Source of the DNA: Eledone cirrhosa
Lineage: Eukaryota
Assembly (NCBI GenBank): GCA_964016885.1
Contig: OZ024755.1
Coordinates: 12,090,001 to 12,154,000, forward strand
Length of the DNA: 64,000 nucleotides
Direction: 5' to 3'
Below the pieces are notes generated by a model. That model did not search any database. It was given only the letters and a program-made list of their open reading frames with translations, and was not told the origin of the DNA. Of this stretch, positions 29,160-43,995 are shown piece after piece; position 1 is the first letter of the stretch; each line of letters opens with the position of its first letter. A program made the translations under genes and the position numbers.

Positions 29160-30240
29160 GTGTGTGTGTATATATATTTATATATTTATATATTTATATA
29201 TATATATATATATATATATCATTGAATTAATGTAAATCCATGTATAATTATAGCTGTGTGTATAGGTAAATGCATTTTATTTGTCTGTATTTGTTTATAT
29301 GTACATTGATATCTTTGTGTATGTGTATGTATATACGTATACCACAATCAACCAGTAATCAGAACAATAACTTGCAACAATTTGCTAGCGAGAATATACA
29401 CATCAGAATACATCCTGTAAAATAGTTGGCAATCAAACAAAGACAATACTGGGTCGAGCAGATGCTCCAGTCTGGCTGAGAATATGACAACCTCTGAAGC
29501 ACTGGTACTATGAGAAAATGCACCCTATACATTCTGTAAGGTTGTAGTGCTATTGTCGCTATAAAATTCATCACCCTGTACACTCTGTAAAGAGTTAGTG
29601 GATTTATCATAATAAAATACACCCAGTACACTCTGTAAAATGGTTAGCACCTGGACATCTGTTTCCAGAGACATTATAATTTCTTGTATAGGTTCTATAA
29701 ACAGATGATTTTTAAGATATGATTAGTCAATTGAAATGAACATAATGCATGAATTTACTTTATCGACCCTCAATGAATTGAAGTTAACGTCTGGGTCAAT
29801 AACCAACTGGACTACAAGTCAATGTGTCAACAGCTTGTACTTTGTGATCAGCTCTGCATGGTGTCCCATGTTGAAACATTTAGGTCTTAATGTTGTAGTG
29901 AACAGAGCTGTAAATATCAACACACCAACTACTTCAGAGGTAGATTCTTCTACTATAACACTTTCTCTTTTCCTCTCTCGCATAAAAAACTGTTGTTCAG
30001 AGCTGGAGAGAGGATGGGCTCTATCAAGTTTAAAATGGCGAAGATATGCCATATGTCACAATGGTACCCCAACAACAGCATCAGAGGTTATTGGTTCATA
30101 CATATAGTCTTGAGCAACCATAAACTGGTAACAACATGCACATTATCAACCACATCAGTCTCACCTGCAAAAACCATCAGTACTGCTTCTCATTTTACTA
30201 ATTTATAAAAAATAAAATGTTTGATACAAAACTAAATTAA

Positions 30241-30453
30241 CCCTTTCATTGCCATCTTTGTTTATGAAAGCAACTGCCATTGATTTTCAAATAATTTTGA
30301 AAGTAATTAGTGATATTGCTAATTTTCTTATTAGTAAACTTGTGTTTGAAGCATAAAACATTTATACTTATCTAAAAACCTTCCATCATAAAATTATGTA
30401 AGCTTAGTATTATAGAATTAGGTGGTGTTTCTGATTGTTTGGTATCAAAAGGG
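30241..30453. mobile_element. piggyBac-like MITE (opposite orientation)
   Basis: TTAA-CCCTTTC ... GGTATCAAAAGGG-TTAA. Confidence 0.85.
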
Positions 30454-32651
30454 TTAACACACCAATAATTACTAATATTCAGTGTTTTTGTTCCATTATT
30501 TTCTCTCTGGATTTCTTGCCTACATCCATTCTAATTCTAGAGTATCACAACAATTTATTCAACAAGGTACTTTTGTCTAATGCATACATTCCTTAGACTA
30601 GAGAGGTTAGACAAAGACCCTAACACAAGTGAGTCATCCAGGGCCTGGATACATTGGAACAACTATTTCAAAAAGTTTCTTAATTTTCTTCCTAAAGAGG
30701 ATTTAGATTAAATAGGAAACACTTCATAGCAAACAGCCTAAACACCTCTAGTTTTATGATATAGAACTTTATTTTAAAGTACTTAATACCATTGTATATC
30801 CTCTTCCCATGCTTTTCTGGATGGATTGTCACAGTCGGTGGTACAGACAGATTGAGAGACTACGACTTATGCATATGTTCTATAATTGGCCAGATTTTTA
30901 CATCTGATGTAAATACCAACCACGTTACAGAATGTAAATGGCACATTTATTGTGGCACTAACATTACCACTTTAGAGAATGCACTGGGTTCATTTCATTG
31001 CGAGACCAACACAAAAACTTTAAGGAGTGTACTGATTCCATTTTATTGTGAAACCAGCACGCCAACCTTACAGAGTGTACTGAATGTTTTGTTAACACCA
31101 GCACATCCAGAGTGTACTGGGTGCATTTTATTGTGGAACCAACGTTAGAGAGGTCATTGTGACCTAAGCAGTTATAGGAGAGTGTGGAGGAAGAGTATGC
31201 TAGAAGCACTGTTTATATTCATCTAAAAACTTTCCATCATAATTTTATATATGACCCTTTGTTAAGCTATAATCCAAACGCCAGCTTAACAGTGAGAAAA
31301 TTGCATTACTAAAACCCTTCAAATTCTTGATTATTTTCAAAATTATTTGAAAATCATAGGCAATGACTTTCATAAGAAATATGGTACCAAAAAGGTTAAT
31401 CATGTGTCACCTCATATATCCCAATATATTGAAGTGTGTCAAGATTATGAAACTGCTATTAATATTTTACAATCTCTTTATATCAAACCTACAAAATATA
31501 CATGATCTATTTATATTTTGACATATTGCAATATCATTTCAATTTTAGTTCTGCCCAGAACAGACTCTGAAATCATTGGCAGCTTTATGATCAGATTAAA
31601 TGAACGTTTCATCTACAGGAACACTTCAAAACTAAGAAGTAAGCCCATATTTTCTTATTTTCTTCCTGTATATCTGTGTCCTGCTCTCTCTCTCTCTCTT
31701 CTTTCTTTATGCGTGTTTTTTTTTTGTTGTTGTTATTGTACCTCCAAAATGAGTGTTTCCCTTTTTTGGAAAATCAGAACTAACTGTTCATGAAATTAAT
31801 GTGTAAGTGGCTCAGCATTCCATAGACATGTGTACCCGTAAGGTGGTTCTCAGGGAGATTCAGTGTATGAAAAGGCTGACCCTTTGAACTACAGGCACAA
31901 TTCATTTTTGCCACCTGAGTACAGGGCAACGTAAAATGAAGAGTTTTTCTCAAGGACACAACGTGCTACTTGGAATCAAACACCCTAACCATTAAGCTAT
32001 GAGCCTTCACAATGTATGTATAGTCTGTTCTTTTATTGGTTTCAATCATTATACTGTGCCAAGCTTCAGGCACCACCTTAAAGAGATTTCGTAATGTCAA
32101 TACTTATATTCTATAGCCTTGATTGTTATTTCCAGTGGGTCAAGGGACAACATAGAAGCTCCCTTATTATCACAAAGGTGCCTTTAATTTGCTGCCCAGC
32201 CAGTTCTTTAACTTTTCTAGGATTTCTTATATTAAGAAATGTGTCGGGAGGAACAAACTCAATTTAGTCAATTTATTAGTGTTAACTATGAAGGTATGAA
32301 TAGCAAGTCAACCTGAGCTAGATTTGAACTGTTTGTCAATTTGACCTCAGCAGAACTGGTTTTTTTTTTTGGTTTTTTTGTTTTGTTTTTTTTTGTTTTT
32401 TTTTTGGTTTTTTTTTTTGGTTTTTTTTTTGTCTGGTACCCAATACACTTTATAAAGTGGTAGTGCTGTGGCCATGATAAAATTCACTGAGTACACACTT
32501 TAAAGAAAAGGTACCCAACCATAAAAAGAACAAGTAAAATATGGAATAAATGACAGTTTTTTGACGAGTCACGTCTCAAACTATGGTCACCTATTCAGCC
32601 CATACCAGCAGGGAAAATGAACATCATGAAAATTGATGATGATTTCAGCAG

Positions 32652-33098
32652 GATTTGAACTATTTTGTCATGTTAACCTCTTTCAAATTGACCCGTTTCT
32701 GTTAAATTAACCATTATGTCAAGTAGACCATGGCCAGATTTGAACTATTTTGTCATGTTAACCTCTTTCAAATTGACCCGTTTCTGTTAAATTAACCATT
32801 ATGTCAAGTAGACCATGGCCAGATTTGAACTATTTTGTCATGTTAACCTCTTTCAAATTGACCCGTTTCTGTTAAATTAACCATTATGTCAAGTAGACCA
32901 TGGCCAGATTTGAACTACTTTTGTCATGTTAACCTCTTTCAAATTGACCCGTTTCTGTTAAATTAACCATTATGTCAAGTAGACCATGGCCAGATTTGAA
33001 CTACTTTTGTCATGTTAACCTCTTTCAAATTGACCCGTTTCTGTTAAATTAACCATTATGTCAAGTAGACCATGGCCAGATTTGAACTACTTTTGTCA
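32652..33098. repeat. 85-86 bp minisatellite, 5 near-perfect units plus a partial unit
   Basis: Units start at 32652, 32737, 32822, 32907, 32993 and 33079 with GATTTGAACTA. Confidence 0.95.
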
Positions 33099-33567
33099 AG
33101 TCAACCTCAGCAGGTTTTAAAACAATTCAAGTCAACCTCAGTGGGATTTGAACTGGTTCTGTCAAGCTGGCAGCCAACAGTACAATGAATGTGGGAAGTG
33201 GATAATGTTACTAACTCCATGTTCATACCACAGCAATTCACCCAAAATGACCAACTACTCAGTAACAATGGACACTCTACTGTCAGAGCACACTCAAGTA
33301 TGCAATGTTCACAGAGCTGGAACTGTAACTCTCTCTCTCTCCTTCTCACCAGCTCTCTCTTTCTTTCATCCTCTCTCTCTCTCTCTCCTTCTCACCAGCT
33401 CTCTCTTTCTTTCATCCTCTCTCTCTCTCCTTCTCACCAGCTCTCTCTTTCTCTCTGCCCTCTCACTCTCCTTTATCAGCTAACTTTGTGTCATAAGCCT
33501 ACTTGAATTATGTTGATAATGGCTATTCAACAATGTTAAGAACAACAATTACTACCACTATAACTGT

Positions 33568-33600
<33 letters not shown>

Positions 33601-35288
33601 AAATGCAATAACAACAACTACTATTACTACAGCAACAACACTGGACTAAGGTTGAATTTGAAAATCTTTAATGCATCTCAATAACACCATATATCTAAAT
33701 ACAGAAGAGGAACAACAAACGCTATCAGAGTGCAGAAGTGGGTGATAAATTATTCAATATTTCAGTTATAATAAACCCTTACGGAAAACATTATTAAAGC
33801 TAAGAGATTGAATACATTTACGTTTCTCTTCCTTCAACATTATGCTGACTTTCATTCATTGCTGTTGCCGTTGTTGTTGTTGCTGTTTAGATTCATGTCA
33901 ACTTTAATCTGATAGACCTATGATGAAACAGATTTTAGCAGTGTTTGTTCCGTCTTTTAGGGTTTAGTTGGAGTATATTATCCTTCCCCCATTTAAGGGA
34001 ATATAGTGTGATTTAAATTAAATCTAGCTCTCCTGTTTCTAACAGATCTACTGTCCACATAGGTACTAGTCACCTGTTGGCTTCTTTAGTTCCTGAAACA
34101 AAATTGGGGGAGGGAACACATGTAGTCTATTTATATATCATCATTTTTACATTGTCCTTTCTATGTTGGCATGAGTTGAACACGGTGTTTTGAGGCAATG
34201 TTTTACAGCCAGATGCCCTTCCTGTTATGAACCCTATCAGTCGCTTCTTAGAACATGCAGGGCTATGGTGAATCTATTTTAAGCCAGATGCACAGGGTAT
34301 ATATATATCATCATCACCATCACCGTTTTCCATGTTTTTCCATGTTTGGATGGAAACATTCTACGTCTGGTAGGGGTTGGAGAGTTCATCATGGTTTGAA
34401 ACTGACATCGTTTGACAACCAAATTCATACATTCCTTATTTTGGCCTACATTCTACAGCTGGAAGTCTTACCTAATGATAAAAAAACTTTACATACTGTA
34501 CTGGGTAAATTTTATCATGGCTCTAAGACTACTTTACAAAGTTTGTTGAGCGCATTTTATCATAGCACCAGCACTAGAGAGGTTATGTGTTTGACCAGAT
34601 TGAACAGTCCTCTTTACCCTATATTGTTTCCATTCAATTGTCAACCACTTTACAGTGTGTACTGAGTGCATTTATATATGTCATTCAACTTATAGTCTAA
34701 GAAAGAGAAACAGTGTCGATTGCTTTTGCAAGCCCTTCCAGATTGTAGAGTTGATGATAATTCAAGATAGTAAAGGAGAAAATATAGACAGAAAAATATA
34801 TGAATGAATGGATGGGTGGAAGAACAAACAAATGGAATAAAATAAAAGGAAAACGGAGAATAGTTTTTTTATTTTTTAAAAGAACAAAATGAAATCTTTA
34901 GGCATTCTAACCACAGGTCCGTAGTAATGGAGCTGTAATCTCTGGATGCAAAGAAGTAGTGGCTCTATCTAGAATATGCACCCTATCTAGACCTTTGCAG
35001 GAACCACATTTCAGCTTTGCATTCAAAATCGTATTCCTTTGGTGACTACTCAGACAGAATTAGTATGACAATATGAAAATAGACCTTTGATTTACAGGTA
35101 CAAACCATCTGACTGTCTTCCAATCAGTTTCTGTCTACCCAAGTCCATTCACAAGTTTTGGGTCGACCAAATGCTATGGTAATAACACATTTCTCAGATG
35201 CGACACTATGAGTTTGAACAAGAAACCTCATGATTGTGAAGTGAACTTTTTAACCACTCAGCAATGCCTGTATCCACTTTTATGAAAT

Positions 35289-35929
35289 ACTAGCAGTGGT
35301 ATCCGGCGTTGCACGGGATAAGGTATTTTGGAAGGCGGGCCGCCAACAAACATAATTGTGGAAAAACTGCATGCCTGGACAATATGTAAAGAAAATAAAC
35401 CGAATACTCTGATGGCTAGATAATCTTTAAGATTTTCCTTGATGAAGCAGGAAAAATGCAGGTTTTCACCTAATGCGGGCCCTAGGGGATCAAGAAAATA
35501 AATTTTTTTTATGTGCATAATATGCCTTGAAATTTCGGGAAAGGCGGTTAGACGTAACGCCTCCAAAAAGCCCTAAAAAGCTGAAAAAAATGAAGTTTTT
35601 CACCTAATGCGGGCCGTAGGCCATAAAAAAGTTGGATTTTCTTTGCTCACCGTATGAAGAAGAGACTGACTAATACATAGTTACAATTTCAAGGAAATCG
35701 GTCTGACGTAGCGCCTCAAATAACACTTAAAAACCTGAAAAAACGCAGTTTTTCACCTAATGCGGGCCCTAGGAGATCAAACATTGGATTTTTTATGTGC
35801 ATAACACTCCCTGAAACATAAGTAATACACATGTAAAGTTTGAAAAGAATCGGTTGGGTACTTCTCGAGTTTTAGGGATTCAAACTCACACACACACAGG
35901 CAGACATCCTCAGTTTTATATATATAGAT
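35289..35929 (+). mobile_element. Non-autonomous Helentron/HINE (DINE-1-like) element
   Basis: 5' ACTAGC...CCGGCGTTGCACGGG; three internal repeats of TTTTCACCTAATGCGGGCC; 3' (CA)n/CAGACA...TTTTATATATATAGAT. A second copy lies at 51914. Confidence 0.7.
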
Positions 35930-37639
35930 AAATGGTGTAAGTCAAATTAAATGGCTTTCGAATAGGAATAGAAACTAATATGTTAACCACACAAATAAAG
36001 CTGACCTCTGTCACAGCAACATTTAACAAGACATCTAAAATATTTCAGACAGATTTTATTGAAATATCATTGCAATAAGATGTAATAATACATATCTAGT
36101 ATAGTATTATAAATTTGGCTGTGAAAATGGGAGAAACAAAACTCAGTGAGTAGAGTGATATATAGTGACTAGAGGAGCAAAAGTTTTAACTTGACTATTT
36201 TGTTACAATATTTCTAATGAAAAACACTATTTCAACAAATTAATTATGAATATTGGGGGATTTACTAAAATTATTGATTATTTTATTACTAAGATAGTAA
36301 ATTAATATTTAGTTTTTATATAAAACTAAGTTGCAATATTTTAATTTAAATAGAACTCATGTAAAATAAGTGGTTTTGTTTCGTAGTACAAGAGCCAGTT
36401 TTGGGCCAGGTTAGTATACTTTTCAAACTAATTTGAAAAGTATATTAAGCACAAAACTCCTGGCACTCAAGACACATATACCTTTGCAGTTATAAATAAT
36501 ATAATACGTTATAGAATAGAATTACATAGTGTCCAGTAGATTTTTTTTCCTTCCAATCTCAGGAAAAAGATAAGTTGGAAGACTGGCAATGTCAGTAAAG
36601 TTCATTTCTAGTTTGAGACACTGTTTGAAATTCTTCAGTTCAATGTTTGAGAGAAAAATGTGGGATGTGCAAATGGTCCAAAGGAATTTTGTTATGGAAA
36701 AGTATGATTTTGGTTATAGAGATTAATACAACATCAATTGAGGTTTTTTCTTGGGGACAGAGAAATAAAGAAAATAAATATAAAATCCTATTACTAAAGA
36801 AACAAATAACTATCAGAATATAAGAATACGGTAATATAAAAATAAAATTAAAGATTAAACTTTCATATTAAACTATGGTTTATGGGGCTGCTGTTTAGTT
36901 GTTCTTTTGAGGCTTCAGCTCTAATGAAGAAGACTTAGGATCAAAGTTTTCTGCCTGTGTCCCTTACTCCGCCTTTCTGTCTGTATAACAAGAACTACTT
37001 TGTTCAATGCCTCCTTCCTTTTTTAACTTTTTTTATACCAAACAGCCTGAAGCTGCCCTTGATTCTAACGGTTTATTTTAAAGTATTTATCATCAGAATT
37101 TTACATTTGCTTTTTATGCTGGAATGGTTTGAATGAGTCATCAGGGGCCAAGACTAGATGGGTCGAGAACCACATCTAGCTTATATGTTCCTCATTTTGG
37201 TATGTTCATATTTATCTAAAAACCGTCCATCATAATTTCATGTAAAAACTTTGTTACATTCGAAACACTAGCTCAATAATGAGTAAGTCAGTTATATTAC
37301 TAAATTCCTGCAAATTCTTATCTTCAAACCTATTCAGAAATAATGAACAGTGTCTAATTATAAATACTGTAATCAAATGGCTAGAGTTTGATTTGAGTGC
37401 ATTTTCGTAGAGCAGTTTGAATGACTGCATATAGGTATCCTCAATTTTTTTTTTCTAGATTTAAGTAGATGAGGGATACAAATCTGTCCATTGACAGAAC
37501 AATGGTCTATCACAGATGGTTTTTTCTCAACTAGGTAAAATGAGTCATGTAAAATTGTCTTTTATAGTCATTAGAAAGCACTCATAACAGGATATTAATC
37601 ATGTTTCATTATGACTAAATATTTGGTTTCATTATGACT

Positions 37640-37940
37640 CGCCGAGGTTGACTTTGCCTTTCATCCTTACGGGGTCGATAAAATAAAGTACCAGTAATGC
37701 ACTGGGTAATTGCTGGCCTTGTGCCTAAAGTAGAAACAATTATGACTAAAATATGGCAGTGGACTGGCAGTATCGGTAGAGGGTCGGCCGCCATGCTTTG
37801 ACGCATAGAGTTACGGCCCTTGCCATTCTGAGTTCAAATCCCACCGAGGTTAACTTTGCCTTTCATCCTTACGGGGTCGATAAAAAAAAGTAACAGTAAT
37901 GCACTGGGTAACTGCTGGCCTTGTGCCAAAAGTAGAAACA
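37640..37940 (+). mobile_element. Two tandem SINE family A copies
   Basis: A truncated copy followed by a full copy. ATTATGACTAAA(A)TAT is repeated at 37608, 37739 and 37941. Confidence 0.88.
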
Positions 37941-39265
37941 ATTATGACTAAATATTTGATAGTTTGATATCTTATCAACAGGAATATCCTGTATGGCCCA
38001 CCTTATGATGAACCACATCCTATGTGGCCCACTGCTCAAAAAAGGTTGCCCTTGCATAAATTAGGCCATTTACTAAACACTACATCCCTGAAATTGTGCA
38101 CCAATTAGTTTACAATGAATGACTGTAAATGTTACAAATGAAGCAATTCTTCTGTTCACTTCATCATGGATGTAGATGGTATTTTGTTTCATAAGATTTA
38201 GCTTGGTGTTATTGAGTGGGTATATAGTTTGCAGTTGTTATTGTGGCAGTGAAAACATGTGGCTTAATGGTTAGGGTATTGGGCTCATGATCATATGTTT
38301 GTGGGGTCAATTCCCAAAGCTTTAAATGTGATCTTAATAGAGGTAGTTCATTTCACATTGTTCCAGTTCATCATCATTTAACACTCATTTTTCCATGCTG
38401 GCATGAGTTGGATGGGTCATCACAAACCAAGTCAATACTGCCCTCTCTCCAATGGACTGGGGCCCCACATTTTGCATAGTTACATTCTGGTAACTGAAAG
38501 TGATTAGCAGAGGCAGCAGCAGTAGTAGCAACTGAGAATTAGTTCTGCAACAGACTGGCATATCATCCAGTCTTGTACTCTCAGTTGCATAACATCTCAT
38601 AAAACCAGGTTAAGATCTGGGCTTCATACAAGCCATGCAAGCATGGAAAAAAAAACCAGTTGTTGTTTTTGATTATAGTAATTGCTCAATATAGTGGTTT
38701 ACTGTTTGTTTGGTGTTTATGTTCAATACAGTTTTTTAAGTTTCCTGTATTTTCTATTGGATATATTTCTTGTTAGTTCCTTCTTCAGTTGTTTGATGTT
38801 CAGTGAAATTTCTGCTGTGTGTCCGCTGTTTGTGCTAGTGTTGGTGATGTTTGGTGTTTGTAGTGTTAGTGTTGGTAATGAGTGTTGTGTGGTAGTGTTT
38901 GGTATTGTGGGTATTGTTGGTGTGTGTGTGTGTGTATAGTGTTACTGTCAGTGGTGTTTGGTATATGGTCTATTGTTGTTGAATTGTGGTGTGGTGTGTG
39001 GTGTGTGGTATGTAATGTGTGATGCATGGTGCAGTGATGTGTACTGTGTTGGTATGTGTCATGCTTGGTGTAGTGAATTGTGTGTGGTGGATGGTGTTGT
39101 TTGGAATGGGGCATATATAGTGTGTGGTGGTGGTGTGTATGGTGGATGGTGTATTGTTTGATGTTGTCTCTGGGTTTTTATGAGGCTGACTGTTTCTGAT
39201 GTGTAATCAGGATTGAATTTTTTTTCTCCATGTTTTGTGGAGTATGCCTTTTGGATGCATCTCTA

Positions 39266-39325
<60 letters not shown>

Positions 39326-39798
39326 CAACAGCAATATCTTAGATCCATGTTGGTAGTTGCAGTGATGTTGAATTATGCAAATCTTGATTCTGCTGTTTCC
39401 TGATCAAACTGGTTCCACAGGTATTATTTTGAAATTTCTAAAACACTTTTTACTTTATTCATTGATGTGTGAGTTTGTTGTTAGCTATGACAATTTTTGG
39501 AGGTGAGTAGGGTGGGTAAAGGGAGACTTAGGGGATTGTTTATCAAGTGGCTATGGTAGCTCAGTATATGGAGCAAAACGTAATAACTGTGGATGAGGTG
39601 TTGTAGTTATCTTGGTGATGTGCGCATGTATATGTGTATGCATGTGTCTGTCTGTCTGTGTCAGTGTGTGCATGTCTGTCTGTACGTATGTATGTATTTG
39701 TGTGCATGTGCGTGGGTGTGCATCTGTGTGTGTGTCTAGGTATGAATGTTGGTTGTTAAGAATCCTATTGTTTTTGTGTGGTCGCTATATTATTTTAA

Positions 39799-40161
39799 CC
39801 CTTTTGATACCAGCCTGGTGAAAATTAGCTATGGTTCTATGAAACAAAAAAAAACCTGTTTTAAAAGGTTCCTGTTTAAAATTAAAATCTACCAATATAT
39901 TAAGTTACTATCTTACTAATAAAACAATTTAATAAATTCTTCTGTATTATTCATTAACTCTTTTAATACCGACCCTGTTAAAGCCAGCTCTGGTTCTATG
40001 AAACAAAATCATCCATTTTAAAGGGTTATTATTTAAAATTAAATCCGTCCAATGTAATTTTATATAAGAGCCTTAATAATGAAGTAATTTTAGTGAATCC
40101 CTCTAAATTCTTTATTAATTGAAATACCATATGTTTCATTAGAAATATGTCCATAAAAGGG
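39799..40161. mobile_element. piggyBac-like MITE, tandem or nested pair
   Basis: TTAA-CCCTTTTGATACC at 39795, a second left end at ~39954, AAAAGGG-TTAA at 40155-40165. Further decayed copies near 22640-23000, 24240-24682, 28245, 31211-31399, 36190-36420, 37020-37380, 50810-51063, 55075-55300, 56050-57825, 61680-62000 and 62280-62424. Confidence 0.78.
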
Positions 40162-43100
40162 TTAAAATGGGAATATGTTGAAAGCATAGAAGTCTTTTCC
40201 AATTATAGTATTTTGCAGAGTGTAAAGTTATGGTTGAAGGTAACTTGGTGGAGGATGGTGAAGTTACTATTGGTTTATAAATGAAGCTTTTTTTCAATAA
40301 CAAGAGAGAATAATTAATGTAATCCATCCAGTATATAACTGGTAATTATTTTGCTGACATGGAATGAGTGAACACTATGAAAATTGAAACCAAAACTGAG
40401 GTGCAGAACTTTGTATTTTGCATGTCAGGCATGAGTCAAAATATTTTATGAGCAGGGGGACATTATGTGCTATTTTTCATAAATCTAGTTACACCACCTC
40501 CAATAATAAATGATCCAGCTATGCATGAAATTGATGTTCAAGTGCCTGAGCATACCACAGACACATGCATCCATAACATAATTCTTGGAGTGATTCAACA
40601 CAACACAATATGTGACAAGTCTGGACCTTTGAATTACAGGTACAGTTCATGCAATAGACTTCCAAACAGTTTAAGTCTCCCCAATTTCATTCACAAGGCT
40701 TGGGTTGACCTAAGGCTATATTAAATGACACTTGCCCAAGATACCACACAGTGGAATCAAATCTGAGACTTTATGGCTGCAAAGTGAACTTAACAATTCA
40801 ACTATTCTGCATTTACATAAAGAAATATTTAACTTTTAACATCCTGCACCACATGAAAAGATAGTTGAAAATATTTTTAAAATGCATAAAACAGCACTGA
40901 CTGCCTACCTCACATTAAAATTTTACATCTTTACACTAACATTATGAAATTTCACAGCAATATGTCCTATAGAAAAGATATAAATATTTGAATTAATAAA
41001 ACCATTTTTAGATATTTCTGCTAAATCATTACAGGATGTTAAGAATTAACAAAAATCTTATGCAGTATGTTTTCATTGGCTGATAATTCGAGGAATCACC
41101 AAACATTGCTCGAGATAAAGCAAGAGTGAATGTGGAAAAAATGAAATGAAACAGATGTAGATATAAAGATTACATTGTAGATTTTTAGTAAAAAGTTATT
41201 TTTATAATAATTTGTATATCATTTTAATGTAATATTTAGTGGGAGTGTTGATGCCATGATAAAATTCATCTGGAACACTAAAATGCTTAGCATTAAAAAG
41301 GTCATCCAGCCATAGAAACCAAGCCAAATATGAGACATATATGCAAGATGTGGTACTCTAACAAATCTAGTTTCAGACCATAAAGCTCCAACCAAACTAT
41401 CCCACCATGGAAAATAGATGTATGATGATGATGAGGAATCATGATAATACATGTGCCATAAAAAATGTCATGTTGCCCTCAGTACTGGTATATGTTACTC
41501 AAAGCCACTTCAAGGCAATCAAAAGTGTCTTGCCACTGCCTTGCAGTATTCTTAGAGCATATATTACATTTCACTGCATATGATGATTATATGAATGAAT
41601 ACATATAACATATGATATCTGAATTTGTGTCTAAATGAACATCTTACATCTATCTGCCTAATTAAACACTGCTGTGAATTCCTACATGTCAAACATGAGC
41701 AGGATGTTGCCTTCAGACATATCCTCTCAATATAACCCTGTACAGTCTAATGAAAAACCTGTCACTTTCTTTGTCTCTCAGTCTCTGAATATAAACACAT
41801 GCATACATATACAGTTATATACTTACAAGAGCAAAAAAAAGCCTCCATGCAATCACTAAACATAGCAGCCAAATCACCCTAAAATCAAACACTGGACAAT
41901 ACATATATTCTATAGATATATTCTAAACACACACACACACACATGTGTGTGTGTGTGTGTGTTTAGAATATATGTAATGTCCAATATTTCCTTTATTAAA
42001 GACAGTAGTGTTTGATTTTAGGGTGATATATATATACCATCATGTCCTTTTTCAATGCTGGCTTGAATTAGGCAAGTCATAAAAGACCAGGCTAGTACTT
42101 AGAGCTACTGTCCTAACTAGTAGTAGGTGTTAGGAAGGACATCCAATTATAGAAATTATACCAAAACATAGAATGTACGATCAAGAGGTGGTTCTGCAAT
42201 CTGTCTAGCCTTGGAATCTGATAACTTGCCCAATCTTAAAAATGGACATAAAATAATGTGGATGTTGATGATGATGATGATGATGATTCAGCCAGTGAGA
42301 GCTAAGTATCATTGCCAGGGGTTCAGAATATGACTGGAGGTGGAATATGAAATGACAAGCTTTCATTTGACAAACTAATATACTAACGAAATGGCCAAAT
42401 GCAGTGACCGAGAGCAAATTGGGAGCATATTGGTGTCAGTTAATAATAAAGTAGGTGGGTGGTGGAGATATATAGTATTAGTTATCACCTTCAAGAAACT
42501 TATGCAAGTTTCACTTGCATTAAATCTACAGTAAATACTAGTTGATACAATAAATGCTGATATAATAAAACCTGCAATTAAGAATTAAAGGAAGCAACAG
42601 AACAATAACTGTCACTAAAGTAAATGAGATCAAATAGGTGTTAGCCTCAAATTAAGTAATGAGATAAAAAGAGGGGGACTGGCTTCATTTCACTTAAATT
42701 AGAGACATGGATATATAGACAGGATAGTGTTTGTTCAGTTACAAGTCTAGAAAATGATAAATAGCTTTAGCAAATTGAGTTAAGAGGACAGAATAATCAA
42801 AACTGACCTTATAACATTTCAGTTGAGAAGACTTGAGTATCGATTTTTCTTTTTTTCGTTTGTTAACAGAATGTATGAAATTAATGAAATTAATGTCAAG
42901 TTATTTGATGCAGGGGGAAATGTTATAGGCAATTGATCACACCCTAGTATATTACTGGTACTTATTTTATCGATCTTCTTTGAAATGAAAGTTAAACTCA
43001 ACGACAACTTGGCACAAACACAAGAAACAACCTCTTGTATTCTGGAAGAATGGATATTAAATGGTGATGATGAATATAGAACATCAGAATGTAGAAAGAA

Positions 43101-43489
43101 GAATCCACAAAAATAAATTAACAAAAGAAAGTGAGAGGGAAATAGAGGGACAGACTACACCTCAATCTGATTATATCTACTTTTATTGTTGTTTTTATTT
43201 TTATTTTCAGTACAGTCAAAAGAAATAAAATTTGAAGGTAAGAAAAAAATTTATTTTAAATTTCATTTTAACGTAAATTATATTCAATACTTTAGTGTGG
43301 TCTGTATTTTTGTTTGTCTTTTCATTAAAAGCAAAACTTTATATATTTATATCTGCATGATTATGATGTTTAATTCCAGGTTACACCTGACTGAGCAAAC
43401 CTATGATTAAAAATGTTCCAAATATAACAATCTTGCCTTTTCTATGCAAATGTACCTATTACATCGTTGAGTGTATTTGTGTATATATA

Positions 43490-43710
43490 GGAAAAAGAAG
43501 TTAAAAATGCAATTGGAGTCTTTAAAAAGGTTTATTTAAAATAACATAACTTTACCAGTTTCACAAGTTTCATGATTTTTAAAAGTTAAGAGAATGAAGA
43601 GATGTGTGGCTTTGGCAACTTGTAACTTGTATGTGAGTTAAAAGTCGCCATAGCCACACATTTCTCCATTCCTCTTAAAGACTCCGATTGCATTTTCAAC
43701 TTCTTTTTAC
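43490..43710. repeat. Older foldback element related to 2017-2222
   Basis: AAAAAGAAGTTAAAAATGCAATTGGAGTCTTTAA pairs with 43675-43708; 43586-43621 pairs with 43642-43678. Decayed hammerhead (GAAA-CTGG-TA-AAGTTA, minus strand) at ~43548-43590. Confidence 0.65.
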
Positions 43711-43769
43711 TAGATTTTTTACCTGGGATATATTTTTAAAAAAAAAACTTACTTTCAAATATATATATA

Positions 43770-43909
43770 CCAGTGTGCTGAAGAGTTCCTGGCTTTGGGT
43801 AAAAGAAAATACAAGAGGATCAGTTAATTATGATTTTATTCAACATATTCCCATCTCAGATTCACACACTTACTGCAGTGATTCTAAGCCAGAAACTTTT
43901 CAGCACCCC
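43770..43909. mobile_element. Mariner-type MITE or internally deleted mariner
   Basis: Left GTGCTGAAGAGTTCCTGGCTT and right AAGCCAGAAACTTTTCAGCACCCC are imperfect inverted termini. TA lies immediately upstream. Confidence 0.55.
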
Positions 43910-43995
43910 AGAAGATCCCATTTAAGCAGCGATTCTTTGCTTAAACTTTAATCTGTTATTTTAATAAATAAATATATATATATATATATATATAT

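Noticed and set aside
29736-30208. Non-repetitive-looking ORFs on both strands as a possible host exon
   Set aside because: No recognisable domain, and no convincing splice signals could be established by eye.
32652-33098. Regular repeat resembling a CRISPR array
   Set aside because: Units are entirely repeated with no unique spacers, there are no cas genes, and the context is eukaryotic.
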